A stretch of 61,931 bases of DNA from Candidatus Micrarchaeota archaeon. GTDB lineage: Archaea; Micrarchaeota; Micrarchaeia; Norongarragalinales; SBBD01. This document shows, in pieces, positions 1 through 8,900 of this stretch (the stretch's first letter is position 1; each line of letters opens with the position of its first letter). The stretch covers positions 1-61,931 of the forward strand of contig JAZDKC010000040.1 in the NCBI GenBank assembly GCA_043803465.1. The letters run 5' to 3'. Below the pieces are notes generated by a model. It was given only the letters and a program-made list of their open reading frames with translations. It was not told where the DNA came from and did not search any database. A program made the position numbers and the translations under genes.

Positions 1-1
1 A

Positions 2-250
2 CCAATAAACGAAGACAACGTGAAGAAGACCCTTAGTGCCGCGGGGATGCAGGCGGATGCCGCAAAGGTGAAGTCGCTCGTTTCCTCACTCGAGGGAGTG
101 GACATCGAGGATGCGATCAAGCAGGCCGCTGTTGTTGCCGCTCCTGCTGCCGCAAGTGGTGCCGCAAAGCCCGCTGAGAAGAAGGAGGAAGTGAACGAGG
201 AGAAGAGGGAGGAGGAGGCTGCTGCCGGATTGGCGAGCTTGTTCGGTTAA
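2..250 (+). CDS. rpl12: 50S ribosomal stalk protein P1/L12, C-terminal part (5' end upstream of window)
   Basis: The frame is open from base 2 (..INEDNVKKTLSAAGMQADAAKVKSLVSSLEGVDIEDAIKQA..). It has an Ala-rich hinge, an acidic stretch and the canonical archaeal stalk tail EEAAAGLASLFG, then TAA at 248-250. The listed ORF 20..250 is only the GTG-initiated part. Confidence 0.9.
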   Translation, partial: PINEDNVKKTLSAAGMQADAAKVKSLVSSLEGVDIEDAIKQAAVVAAPAAASGAAKPAEKKEEVNEEKREEEAAAGLASLFG

Positions 251-305
251 TTTTTTCCTCTTTTTTGTTTTATTTATTTTTTCTTAAAGCTAATTCTATT
301 TTTTT
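251..305 (+). terminator. T-rich tract downstream of rpl12 (archaeal oligo-T terminator candidate)
   Basis: Runs of T6, T6, T4 and T6 lie directly after the TAA. Archaeal RNA polymerase terminates at oligo-T. A near-identical tract is repeated at 521-570. Confidence 0.5.
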
Positions 306-324
306 CAATCACTAGAGTAACAAA

Positions 325-410
325 GGGGTAGAGGCGACATACCGAAGACATAGGTCTTCGTATGTTAGTAGAGCTGAGCTCTACGTAACACGAGTAGGGA
401 AATGTCGCTC
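325..410 (+). repeat. Composite/nested copy of the G-rich hairpin element family
   Basis: It starts with GGGGTAGAGGCGACA, identical to the 5' end of the 37128 copy. It contains hairpins CGAAGAC-ATAG-GTCTTCG and GTAGAGC-TGA-GCTCTAC, then ACACGAGTAGGGAAATGT, which matches the 37128 copy apart from one G. GGCGACAT (333-340) can pair with ATGTCGC (402-408). Confidence 0.6.
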
Positions 411-432
411 ATTAATTCGCAGAACAAATTAA

Positions 433-481
433 GGGAGGTAGGGGCGACACGCGTAGGAGGGATATCCCTCCTGAAGGTGTC
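433..481 (+). repeat. G-rich hairpin element, copy abutting the duplicated rpl12 3' end
   Basis: Sequence: GGGAGGTAGGGGC GACAC GCG TAGGAGGG ATAT CCCTCCTG AAG GTGTC. It has an outer stem GACAC/GTGTC, a 3x3 internal loop, an 8-bp inner stem and a 4-nt loop. Confidence 0.7.
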
Positions 482-570
482 GAGGAGGCCGCTGCTGGTT
501 TGGCGTCTTTGTTCGGCTGATTTTTCCTCTTTTTTTGTTTTATTTTCCTTAGTTCTAATTCTATTTTTTT
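482..570 (+). repeat. Second copy of the rpl12 3' end (12 codons + stop + T-rich tail), no start codon
   Basis: 482-520 encodes EEAAAGLASLFG-stop, identical in amino acids to 212-250. It has 8 nucleotide differences, all synonymous (including AGC vs TCT Ser and TAA vs TGA). 521-570 matches the T-rich tail 251-305 with a few indels. Confidence 0.85.
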
Positions 571-663
571 TATAACCTAATTATAACCAGCCCTTAATTC
601 AAACCGTAAATAGCCTAGACCATCGAAGGTCAGAATTCTTAGTAGGTCAACAACCTGAATCAA

Positions 664-900
664 TCAACCATGCTTCATCATGTACATCTTCAGGCCCAGG
701 AAGATGAATAGCACCCCCCAAGCAGGAAGGTACGCGGACATCGAGAAGCCCGGGAAAAGCCTCCAGCCGTCCATCCCAACAAGGTATCCAAGGCCGATCA
801 GCATCATTATGCCGTCAAGATACCAATGCTCGCCGCAGCCGCCCTCTTTTCCTTTCATGCGCTCACCTGTGCGCCCCTGCAGAACGCTGCAAATGCGCAT
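664..900 (-). CDS. Small hypothetical membrane protein (two hydrophobic helices)
   Basis: The 78-aa ORF has two plausible TM segments (IMMLIGLGYLVGM and AWGVLFIFLGLKMYM). The overlapping + strand ORF looks non-protein-like. The start is uncertain (an internal Met is possible). Confidence 0.4.
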   Translation of the reverse strand: MRICSVLQGRTGERMKGKEGGCGEHWYLDGIMMLIGLGYLVGMDGWRLFPGFSMSAYLPAWGVLFIFLGLKMYMMKHG

Positions 901-1010
901 TAACCCTTAGGCAGGGGCGGGATATTAACTTAACTGCGCAGCACGTGCTGCAAGTAGTTTTTAAACGAAATCGACCGCACAATGAGCGATAGCGAGGCAG
1001 CTCTGTGAAA

Positions 1011-1583
1011 TTAGCCGTCCAATGCGCAATTAGTGAGGGACGCCAATTTTTGCAACGACTGTTCGCCCGGATACTTGTTTCCGTTTATTATCCAAGTCGG
1101 ATATCCGGATATTCCGGCTGCCTGGCATAATTCGGGCTGCGGATTTTCCCCTGCGGGATCGCATTCAATGTAAGTGATGTATTTGACTGAGCCGCCGAAT
1201 TCTGCTTTCTGGTTCTGGCAGTGGGAACACCAGTATGCGCCGTACATTTTCGCGCCTTTGGATGTTAGGCATTTTGCGAAATTGTCATAATTAGGCAAGG
1301 GAGTGGCCGTAGGGATCGGCGAAGGCACCACTGTCGGGGACGGTGAGGGAATTAGGCATCCGATGGAATTATCCCAAATCTTTCCAGGCCCGCAAGAGCA
1401 GCCATCGTAAGGTGCGCATACCCCACACATTGCACCTGAAGGGCAAGGCATGCATGGAGAAAAATTGCCGCCTGTTGAAATGCATAATTCTTTGTATTGG
1501 ATATTCATCGGGATTGGCGGTTGTTGCGTGCATCCGAATAGCAATATGATTGCCACTAATGCCGAAATTTGGGTGTACTTCAT
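1011..1583 (-). CDS. Secreted lipoprotein with Cys-rich N-domain and thioredoxin-fold domain of the type fused to VKOR homologues
   Basis: It has a signal peptide with a lipobox-like LLFGC, a Cys-rich segment, a Pro/Ser/Thr linker, then YGAYWCSHCQNQKAEFG ... ECDP ... C ... GISGYPTWIING (CxxC thioredoxin motif and the cis-Pro GYPTW motif). Confidence 0.7.
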   Translation of the reverse strand: MKYTQISALVAIILLFGCTQQPPIPMNIQYKELCISTGGNFSPCMPCPSGAMCGVCAPYDGCSCGPGKIWDNSIGCLIPSPSPTVVPSPIPTATPLPNYDNFAKCLTSKGAKMYGAYWCSHCQNQKAEFGGSVKYITYIECDPAGENPQPELCQAAGISGYPTWIINGNKYPGEQSLQKLASLTNCALDG

Positions 1584-1612
1584 ATGGCCATCCTTTCAAG
1601 TATTTGCTGCTC

Positions 1613-1948
1613 TTACCTTTTTGCAGTCGCATCCTCCTTCATGATCATCTTGACAATCAGGAATATTACAAGGGCAACAATAAGGAAGTCGATGAGCGCA
1701 CCGAGGAAATCTCCGTATTTTATGGAGTTCGCCACGGTCCCGTCCGCTGCCCTGCTAAGCACGATTTCCCAGCTCTTCCAGTCTCCGCCGGGCGTGAGCA
1801 TGGCTATTATCGGCATAACGAAATCGTTCACCAACGCGGTCACCAGCTTGCCAGCAGCAGCGCCTATGATGAATGCTACCGCCAAACCCAATACCTGGTA
1901 TTTCTTAAGAAACTCCTGGAACTCACTTATAATGCCCATATTGCCCAC
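1613..1948 (-). CDS. mscL: Large-conductance mechanosensitive channel
   Basis: 111 aa. The sequence FLKKYQVLGLAVAFIIGAAAGKLVTALVNDFVMPII plus a second TM helix (ALIDFLIVALVIFLIV) and a charged tail is the typical MscL layout. Confidence 0.9.
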   Translation of the reverse strand: MGNMGIISEFQEFLKKYQVLGLAVAFIIGAAAGKLVTALVNDFVMPIIAMLTPGGDWKSWEIVLSRAADGTVANSIKYGDFLGALIDFLIVALVIFLIVKMIMKEDATAKR

Positions 1949-2006
1949 CCCTCAAACGATTTTGCAAATAAAAAAAAATTGAATATAAATATGCTGTTTA
2001 ACCTCC

Positions 2007-2639
2007 CTAGCATTCGAGCGTCCTGATCATATATTCGGCGAGCTCGAGATCCGGGGATAGTTCCTCGGTCAATGCAGCAGTGAACGAAATCCAATAAGGT
2101 TTGCCCGCAGTTGTTTTGCAGTCGTAGAACGCCTGCTTCAGATAAATCGTCTGGTTCTCGTTTGCAGGATTGATATCTTGCGTGTTGCTCAAATACGCCA
2201 TCCTTCCGTTGATCGTTTCCTTGCTGACAGCAACATCCACTTTCTTCATTTCCGAGTAGATCACATTTTCGGACAATTCGGTGTCATTGACAACGCGCAC
2301 ATCATAAATCTCGACACTGAACGGCGGGTAATAGGTGACAAAACGGACCGTGAAGCCGGGGAAGGGCTCCTTTACCGCATCATAACCGATCGGGTACCTC
2401 ACCTTGAAGCCGTAATCCTGGTCGTAGTACTCTATTGTTTTGGAATCGTATTTTGCCTTCAATGCGGCCATCAGATCCGCTTTTTGCTGCGTTTGGCTTT
2501 TGCCAAATATTACTACCGGCTTAACCTCCGGCTGGTTCCTGGAGGAGTAGATGAAATAGAGCGATACGATGAATAGGGCAATAACGACGAGTATCAGGAA
2601 CAGATTGAAGCCCGGGTTCGCGTTTTTCTTTGCTGCCAT
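2007..2639 (-). CDS. Hypothetical N-terminally membrane-anchored protein
   Basis: 210-aa ORF with a basic N-terminus, one TM helix (FNLFLILVVIALFIVSLYFIY) and a soluble domain with no motif I recognise. Confidence 0.6.
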   Translation of the reverse strand: MAAKKNANPGFNLFLILVVIALFIVSLYFIYSSRNQPEVKPVVIFGKSQTQQKADLMAALKAKYDSKTIEYYDQDYGFKVRYPIGYDAVKEPFPGFTVRFVTYYPPFSVEIYDVRVVNDTELSENVIYSEMKKVDVAVSKETINGRMAYLSNTQDINPANENQTIYLKQAFYDCKTTAGKPYWISFTAALTEELSPDLELAEYMIRTLEC

Positions 2640-2695
2640 GATTCCACTCGCAAATAAGAAGTCAGAAGGGGTTTAAAATCCTAGCCCCACGCCGC

Positions 2696-2983
2696 TTACC
2701 AGCCCGAGCTTCGGACAATTTGGAAACCTGAAAATTTCCCCTCCGCTTTTTTCCATTCCGCAAAAATTTTGCCAACCCGGATATAGCCATCCTTCACTTC
2801 CAGTGCTTTTAGGAATTTTTTGAGTTCGTCATCCTCGCCTTCAGCCTGCACTTCAACTGTCCCATCCGCCAAGTTCCGAACTAAACCGGTTACTGCAAAC
2901 CTCCTCGCAATCGTGCTGACCGTGTACCTGAAGCCCACGCCTTGCACATCTCCGTGCACTATTGCTTTCAGAAATTTTTTCAT
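2696..2983 (-). CDS. acyP: Acylphosphatase
   Basis: It carries the acylphosphatase signature VHGDVQGVGFRY and G.V.N..DG.V. The start is placed at ATG 2983 (MKKFLKAIVHG, ~95 aa), although the ORF stays open up to 3049. Confidence 0.85.
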   Translation of the reverse strand: MKKFLKAIVHGDVQGVGFRYTVSTIARRFAVTGLVRNLADGTVEVQAEGEDDELKKFLKALEVKDGYIRVGKIFAEWKKAEGKFSGFQIVRSSGW

Positions 2984-3045
2984 GCTTGCCACTATCGGAA
3001 TTAAAAGAAAAAAATGAGAAAAAACTATTGGAACGGAAACCCCCA

Positions 3046-4593
3046 TCATCCCCGCTCTTCCCTCCTTCGCTGCCCCTTCCTTTCCGGATTCCTATCCATG
3101 TACATTTCGTCGGACCGGAAGTCCATATTGTCCATTTCCTTCGCGCCCAGGGCACGCTGCTGCCCGATTTCCCAGCTCCGCTTTGCGAGCTTCTCAACCC
3201 ATTCGCGGTTGAGGGTGCGGTCATTCAGATTGTAGAGTTCCCGCGTATTGTGCACGGTGTCGATCAGATCGCGCAATGCTTTGGGAGTTTCATCATAGCG
3301 CTCGTTGAACCAGATTGACTCCGTGGGCCTCGAGATGTTGAGCCTTTGGTTCTCGTGCTCCAATCCCCTGTTCGCTCCATGCAGGAATGAGGAAACCGCG
3401 ATTTCCTTGAGCACTTCAAGCGTCGGCTGGTCGTACCTCGTCCTCCATGAGTACTCGCTCAGGCCCCTATCATAGCGTTTCATTATGCTGCTGATTATTT
3501 TTTCGTGCGCATATCCCGGAACCGGCGCAGGCACGGTTTCCTGCTGGGCCTTCTTCCTGCTAATCTGCCCGATCGGGGGTTGGGGTACGGTATCTGTGGG
3601 ACGCCCCCGTTCCACTCCGGTTCTCAACCGATTAATCCTTGCCTGCTCCTTTTCCCATTCGGCCGTTGCCGCGGGATTGTAGGTCAGCATGTTTCTTCCA
3701 TCAACAGGCAAACCTTCTTTTTCTCCAGTCACTCCGCCTTTTCTCGGCGACACATTTCTTGTCTTCTCCCAATTCAATTTGCGGGCAGTATCTGGCGTAA
3801 CCATTAATGCGTTTCCGGGCCCTTTTTCTCGAGCCCCGTCTTTCCGAGCCGTAGCATCCGCTTTCTGACCTCCTCTGATGCCTGCAGCCGCCTCCTCGAT
3901 TAACTGCTGTCTACTTGTTCCGGTTACACCAATCCCTGCTTTTGAGGCCGCCCTGGCTTGGCCCATTGCCTTAAAGAGCTCATAAGGATCGTATGCCGGC
4001 CCCGATTCGGATTGCCCTCTTGGAATTCTCCTTACCGGGCCTGCAGAAACAACTATCCTTCCTCCTTTCCCCGTAAGGATTCTTGCCGTGCGGCCATATT
4101 TTACCTGCTCGGTCGGCGTAACCGCAGCTTTTTTGCGCCGCAGCCTTTGCGTGCGCTTGAAGTCCTTAATTTTATCAACCACCAAATCGACGACCTGCGC
4201 GGCATGCTCCTTGGGAATTCCCACATCGGCAGGCAGCGCTTTTGCGATTTGCTTCCTGGCATAGGGGGATGTCAGCGTCCTCACTCCGCTTTTAAATCCG
4301 CCCTTCTTTTCAAGGTATGAAAAAACGTTATTAGCTAGCCTTTTCCGGTCAGTGACGTTCAGGGGCACGGCCCTAATTTTTTCGACGACCAAATCCAAGA
4401 CCTGCTTCCTTTGCTTCATATTTAGTACAGATGCAGGAGGCAGCATTTTTGCCATTTCCCTCCTTGCATAAGAAGAAGTCAACTCGTTTACATTGCCTTT
4501 CAATCCGCCGCCCTTTTTTAAATCGATATAAACCCTATTGGCCCATTTGATTTGTTCATCTTTATTCCACCTTACTAGTTTCAATGCAGCCAT
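3046..4593 (-). CDS. Hypothetical basic protein with an N-terminal internal duplication
   Basis: 515-aa ORF. Two ~70-aa repeats are visible (..KKGGGLKGNVNELTSSYARREMAKMLP...QVLDLVVEKI.. and ..KKGGFKSGVRTLTSPYARKQIAKALP...QVVDLVVDKI..). No recognised family. Confidence 0.6.
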   Translation of the reverse strand: MAALKLVRWNKDEQIKWANRVYIDLKKGGGLKGNVNELTSSYARREMAKMLPPASVLNMKQRKQVLDLVVEKIRAVPLNVTDRKRLANNVFSYLEKKGGFKSGVRTLTSPYARKQIAKALPADVGIPKEHAAQVVDLVVDKIKDFKRTQRLRRKKAAVTPTEQVKYGRTARILTGKGGRIVVSAGPVRRIPRGQSESGPAYDPYELFKAMGQARAASKAGIGVTGTSRQQLIEEAAAGIRGGQKADATARKDGAREKGPGNALMVTPDTARKLNWEKTRNVSPRKGGVTGEKEGLPVDGRNMLTYNPAATAEWEKEQARINRLRTGVERGRPTDTVPQPPIGQISRKKAQQETVPAPVPGYAHEKIISSIMKRYDRGLSEYSWRTRYDQPTLEVLKEIAVSSFLHGANRGLEHENQRLNISRPTESIWFNERYDETPKALRDLIDTVHNTRELYNLNDRTLNREWVEKLAKRSWEIGQQRALGAKEMDNMDFRSDEMYMDRNPERKGQRRREERG

Positions 4594-4817
4594 TCAATCA
4601 CCTGAGCGCTGAGGGAAATCATGATACTTACGAATGGGTATTCTCAAATAAAAAGGGCGCGGTTGGGGTTTATGAGCGAGAATATCGCGTGGTTGGAATT
4701 ATTTCCGTCCAACCCTTCCGGGGATTTGCGGATAACGCCATATTCCGAAGTTGTTCTCGGGGTATTTATATTCTGCAAGCAAAAGCGTTTTAAAGCGAAA
4801 AATGCATCGTATTCGAT

Positions 4818-5939
4818 ATGGCACACGGAGCCGAAGGGCATGAAGGCATCAGAAGGGAGGAGGAGAGGGCGTTCGCGCCGGAAAAGCCCAGATGGTTCCA
4901 GAGGACCGTGAGGCGCTGGGTGTCGTGGCCGAAAAGGTTCCTGTTCGGAACGCAAGAACGGCAGAAGCGCATCATCAATGAGGATTTGCGCAGGTTCAGC
5001 GAAACGGAGGGCGAATTCGAGCACACCGCTTCGGAAGCCATCGCGCATACGGAGGGATTTCGGTTCGCGAAGAAGGAGGTGTGGGAACACGTCAAGGAGG
5101 ATTTGCGCGCATTGCTTGCAAAGGATATTTCCCATTTCGAGGGCAGGTTGGCGTTGCTGGATGAGGAAAACGCCCACCAAAGGCCGATGATAGCCCATTA
5201 TAATAAAATCATAAATTCCCTCGAGGGGTTTGGGCCGCATAATGCCTACAGGAGCGCAGTCCAGGCGGATTTGAAGGTCGCCGAGAACAGCAGGTTCGGC
5301 TATTCCTATTTGGGGAATTCGGTTTACGGCTCGCAGAGATGGGGTCAGGGATTCAATCCGATTAATTGGATTGGGACAACCGAAAGCAGGGTGAGGCGCA
5401 ATCCTGCGAATTTCGGAAGGGAGCTGCTTAGGGTTTTTGGAAGCAGAAAAGAGCGCATGCAGCCGATAAATTACATTAAAACAATCGGGGCGCTGAAGAT
5501 GCGGGAAATGGATGCGCTTGCTGCGCAGAAAAAAGCCGAGGAGCATGCGCCGCCAGCTGCAATGCCGGTTGAGCATGCCGAGGAGCAATTCTCACCTGAG
5601 GAACGGGCGGCTATCGACCATTATGTAAGCCAGGGCATGCCAAGACCGCAGGTTGAAGAGGCCATACGGCACCAAAGGGCTCAGGCTGCAGGAAATACTT
5701 TGAGGGCAGATGAGAGCAATACTATAAGGGAAACGCCGGAGAATACGCCAAGGCATGGAAGAGTCTACTCTCCTGATGAAATTATCGATATTAAAAGGAC
5801 CGCCCGCAAAGCAGGGATGAACATCAGTGAAAAAAGAAGGCGAGAAAAGGCCAGATTCGCAAGACAGGTCGCTGCTGAACTAGCAAAAATGGCTTTGAAA
5901 AATCGAGGGCGGCAAGGAGACCTGGCTTATCAACCGTAA
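4818..5939 (+). CDS. Hypothetical charged protein
   Basis: The 373-aa ORF has protein-like composition. The competing minus-strand ORF 4644..5588 is Arg/Leu/Pro-rich and looks like an antisense artefact. TATA-like GGTATTTATATT lies ~45 nt upstream. Confidence 0.5.
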   Translation: MAHGAEGHEGIRREEERAFAPEKPRWFQRTVRRWVSWPKRFLFGTQERQKRIINEDLRRFSETEGEFEHTASEAIAHTEGFRFAKKEVWEHVKEDLRALLAKDISHFEGRLALLDEENAHQRPMIAHYNKIINSLEGFGPHNAYRSAVQADLKVAENSRFGYSYLGNSVYGSQRWGQGFNPINWIGTTESRVRRNPANFGRELLRVFGSRKERMQPINYIKTIGALKMREMDALAAQKKAEEHAPPAAMPVEHAEEQFSPEERAAIDHYVSQGMPRPQVEEAIRHQRAQAAGNTLRADESNTIRETPENTPRHGRVYSPDEIIDIKRTARKAGMNISEKRRREKARFARQVAAELAKMALKNRGRQGDLAYQP

Positions 5940-5960
5940 CTAATTCTTTTTCAATCAGCC

Positions 5961-8900
5961 CTACTTCGTGATCTTCGACTTGGATAGCATGTCGTTCAGC
6001 GCCCAGTCGGGCTGCGCGTCGAGCTTCTCGCTGATCGAGTCGAGGTATTCTCCGGTTATGGATCCGGGGCAGTAGCCATTGACTTCGCACGCGTCCCGCA
6101 ATTGCTCGTACATGTTCCTTGCAGCCACAGCAGCATTCGGCTGCTGCACGGGCGTTTCATCAGATGGTGCTGCAGGCAGATCGGTTATCTTATCCACCAC
6201 TTGCGTAAACACTTGATCGGCTGAAATGTCCATCTTCGTCACCGGCGCCTCGATTGTCAGGAAGAGCGATTTGTAGAGTTTTTCGGGGTCGATTCCCTTG
6301 TTCACTCCTGTGATTAGCGTATAGCCCTGCTCTGTCGCGTATTGCCTGCCCTTGATCAGGTAAATGCAGATCGAGCTGTCAGCAGGATCGCACATTGCGC
6401 CCGAATCCAGCGCATTCAGGCAGCCTTCCTCCTCTCCCAGGTTCCTTGCGCAGATGCGCCTCATCGATGCCTTGTCCCATGAAAGCGCACTGCCTTCATC
6501 GACATTGTAGGAAACAAGGTGGTGCGGGAACCTATAATCCAGCGCGCCCTGCACAGGCCTCACATCAACGTGGAACAGCAATGGGATTAGAAGTGAAATT
6601 ATGTTTCGTGATTTCCTGAACCGCTCCAGCTCGCCGTATTCGCCGCCGAAGAATCTCCTGAGCCTGCCCTTCGCCGCCTGCTCCTGCCTCTTGACTTCGC
6701 CGACCAGTTTGTTTGCCTGCTCCGTAGTGAGGCCTAGTTTCGCATATGCACCCGCCGGATCCGTCAATGCCTCCACATTCAGTAGTGCCTTCGCCTTCGA
6801 GGATAAAACTGCCGGCGTCCCAACGCCCTTGAATCTCCTGCTGAGAGTGTCAATGGCTTTCTGGGTCAATTTTTCCTCTTCCGTGAAGAAATCATCCGCA
6901 TAGGAAATCAATGTTTGATCCACAGCGGAAATATCCTGCGCAATTTCACCATACCTAAATGCAGCTGCGCCGGTCAATTTGCTAGGAGGCCGTTTACCGG
7001 TCAATGCGGTATGCTCCTTCTTCAGCGCCTCCCTTTCGGATCTCAGGAGTTTCATTTCCTCCACTATATTGCCCCTCTTCTTGGCAGCATCGGCAAATCC
7101 CTTCGGGTCCATTTGCTCGTACGCTTTTGTGAGTTCGTTCTGTCTCATCATGAAAGCCTCTGGATTCTGTGTAAGATCCTTCTCGAATTGCGCCATCATT
7201 TCCGCTTTTGTGAGCCCCACCCTCTTTGCGTTTAATTGCTGGTCGTACCAATCCAGGTTTGTAGTGCCGGTAGCCGTATCAAAACCAAGCGTCTGCGCCG
7301 CAGCCAGAGTGCCGGCAACGGGCGAATTTGCCTCCATTATCCTGCCGGCCAAGGTGCTTGCATCCTTGATTCCCATCCCCGACCTCGTGAGATAGTCCAT
7401 CAGGTAGGCACGGCTTCCGAATGTCTTTGCGACCTTCAGGCCGCCGTACATAGCGGGTGTCGAAGTGTAGGTCGGCGTATCATCGCCGGTTACAAAATTA
7501 TAGCCGGCGGTCACGCCGTCGATTGCAGTTGTCAGGGCGACAAAACCCACCAATTCGAATAGGAATTTTCCCCCGAATGCGGCGCCGAATTTCAAGCCCT
7601 CGCCGCCGCCGGGAATTGCGGTAATCAATAATTCGGTCGCACCTGCAAAGCCGCCAGCCAAGCAATTGTTCGCAACTTCGCAAACCGGTGTTTTGGAGGT
7701 ATCTGCAGCCCTGAATGTAAGCCCTTGATAAATCGAGGCGCCGCATAAGGCGGCGGTTGTGGAAAGCCCATAAGCCGCTTTGATTGCCATTACTTCATTC
7801 CATACTGCGCTCGGCGCACCTACTCCGGTCAACGCCTTTCCGAAATTGGTCAGCAAACTCCCGCCCAGTGCGAGTGATGCAACGCCCATTGTCGCAACCA
7901 CGCCGCCGGTCATGTAGCCTGCGCAATACCATCCGGCCTCGTACGGTTCCGCCACGGCCATTGCTTCAGAACGGTCTATCTTGTAGAGCGTCCGGTAGAG
8001 GATATTCAGGTTCTGGATGTCCACCCTGTTGGCTGTACGCTTGTAGGGCCCGACAGTGAACAACTGCACCTTGTCAAGCAGGCCTATCAGCCCGCCGGCT
8101 TCGCTGCCGCTATCATCCCCGATGTTCCATCCGATTCCGGTTGACAGCTCGCGGCCCACAACTCCTTCCGTATTTCCGCGCTCCGCTACAAGCAGCGCCG
8201 CATTTGCAAGGGTGAAATTGCATTCCATGCCCGGCGTAAGCCTGAATTCAATGTTCGAATATTTCAGCCAATCGGCCTTCTTGGAGGGAGCTGTTGCAAA
8301 TTTGCAGATGTCGAGCCTTCCCTCCAGTATGTAAACGCCGCAGCCCTTCACATCAACAGTAGAGGTTGTGATCTTGAACCCGTCGTCGGATTGCTTCAAT
8401 ATGGAGTCGAATTCGGATTTAGAAAGCTCCAGCGACCGCTCCGAATCGAGCAGCGTTTCCGAATTTGCAGCCTGCAGGACGATTGATTTCTTGTAACCGC
8501 CATCGCTAAGGGTTTTCTCGCAGAATTTCGTGAGATCATTCGGGTATTCGGCATCCGACGCAAGCGTTTCAACAAGCGTCTTGAATTCTCCTGCAAATTC
8601 AGTGAATGCTGTTTCCACCTGTACAGAGGTGCAGAAATTGGTCTGGCATTTCATCACTGATGCATCCAAAGTTGTGAACACCTGGGGCTTGGGGCCAACA
8701 GAGGAGGGCGCATCATCCGCAAACGATTGCGCATTCACATCTGAATAAAAGCGGTCCACATAGCCGGACAAGGTCACCTCCGCCTCGGCTGTTGCCGCCT
8801 CCTGCGGTGCCAGGTCTCCGAGTGGTGAGGCGGAATACAATGCCTTGAAATCGGGTTCGGGCTCGAATACCTCGATGTTCACGTACCTTATATACTCGTT

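Noticed and set aside
248-481. Ribosomal hop or readthrough from the rpl12 stop to the second copy
   Set aside because: The gap is 231 nt and contains in-frame stop codons (for example TAA at 413-415), far beyond known bypass distances. The idea is kept only as a low-prior test at the zinc-ribbon locus, where the gap is 51 nt and open.
212-520. Diversity-generating retroelement (template/variable repeat) as an explanation for the duplicated gene ends
   Set aside because: DGR variable repeats differ from the template at adenine positions and change amino acids. Here the differences are not restricted to A positions and are all synonymous. The repeats are short and no reverse transcriptase gene is present in the window.
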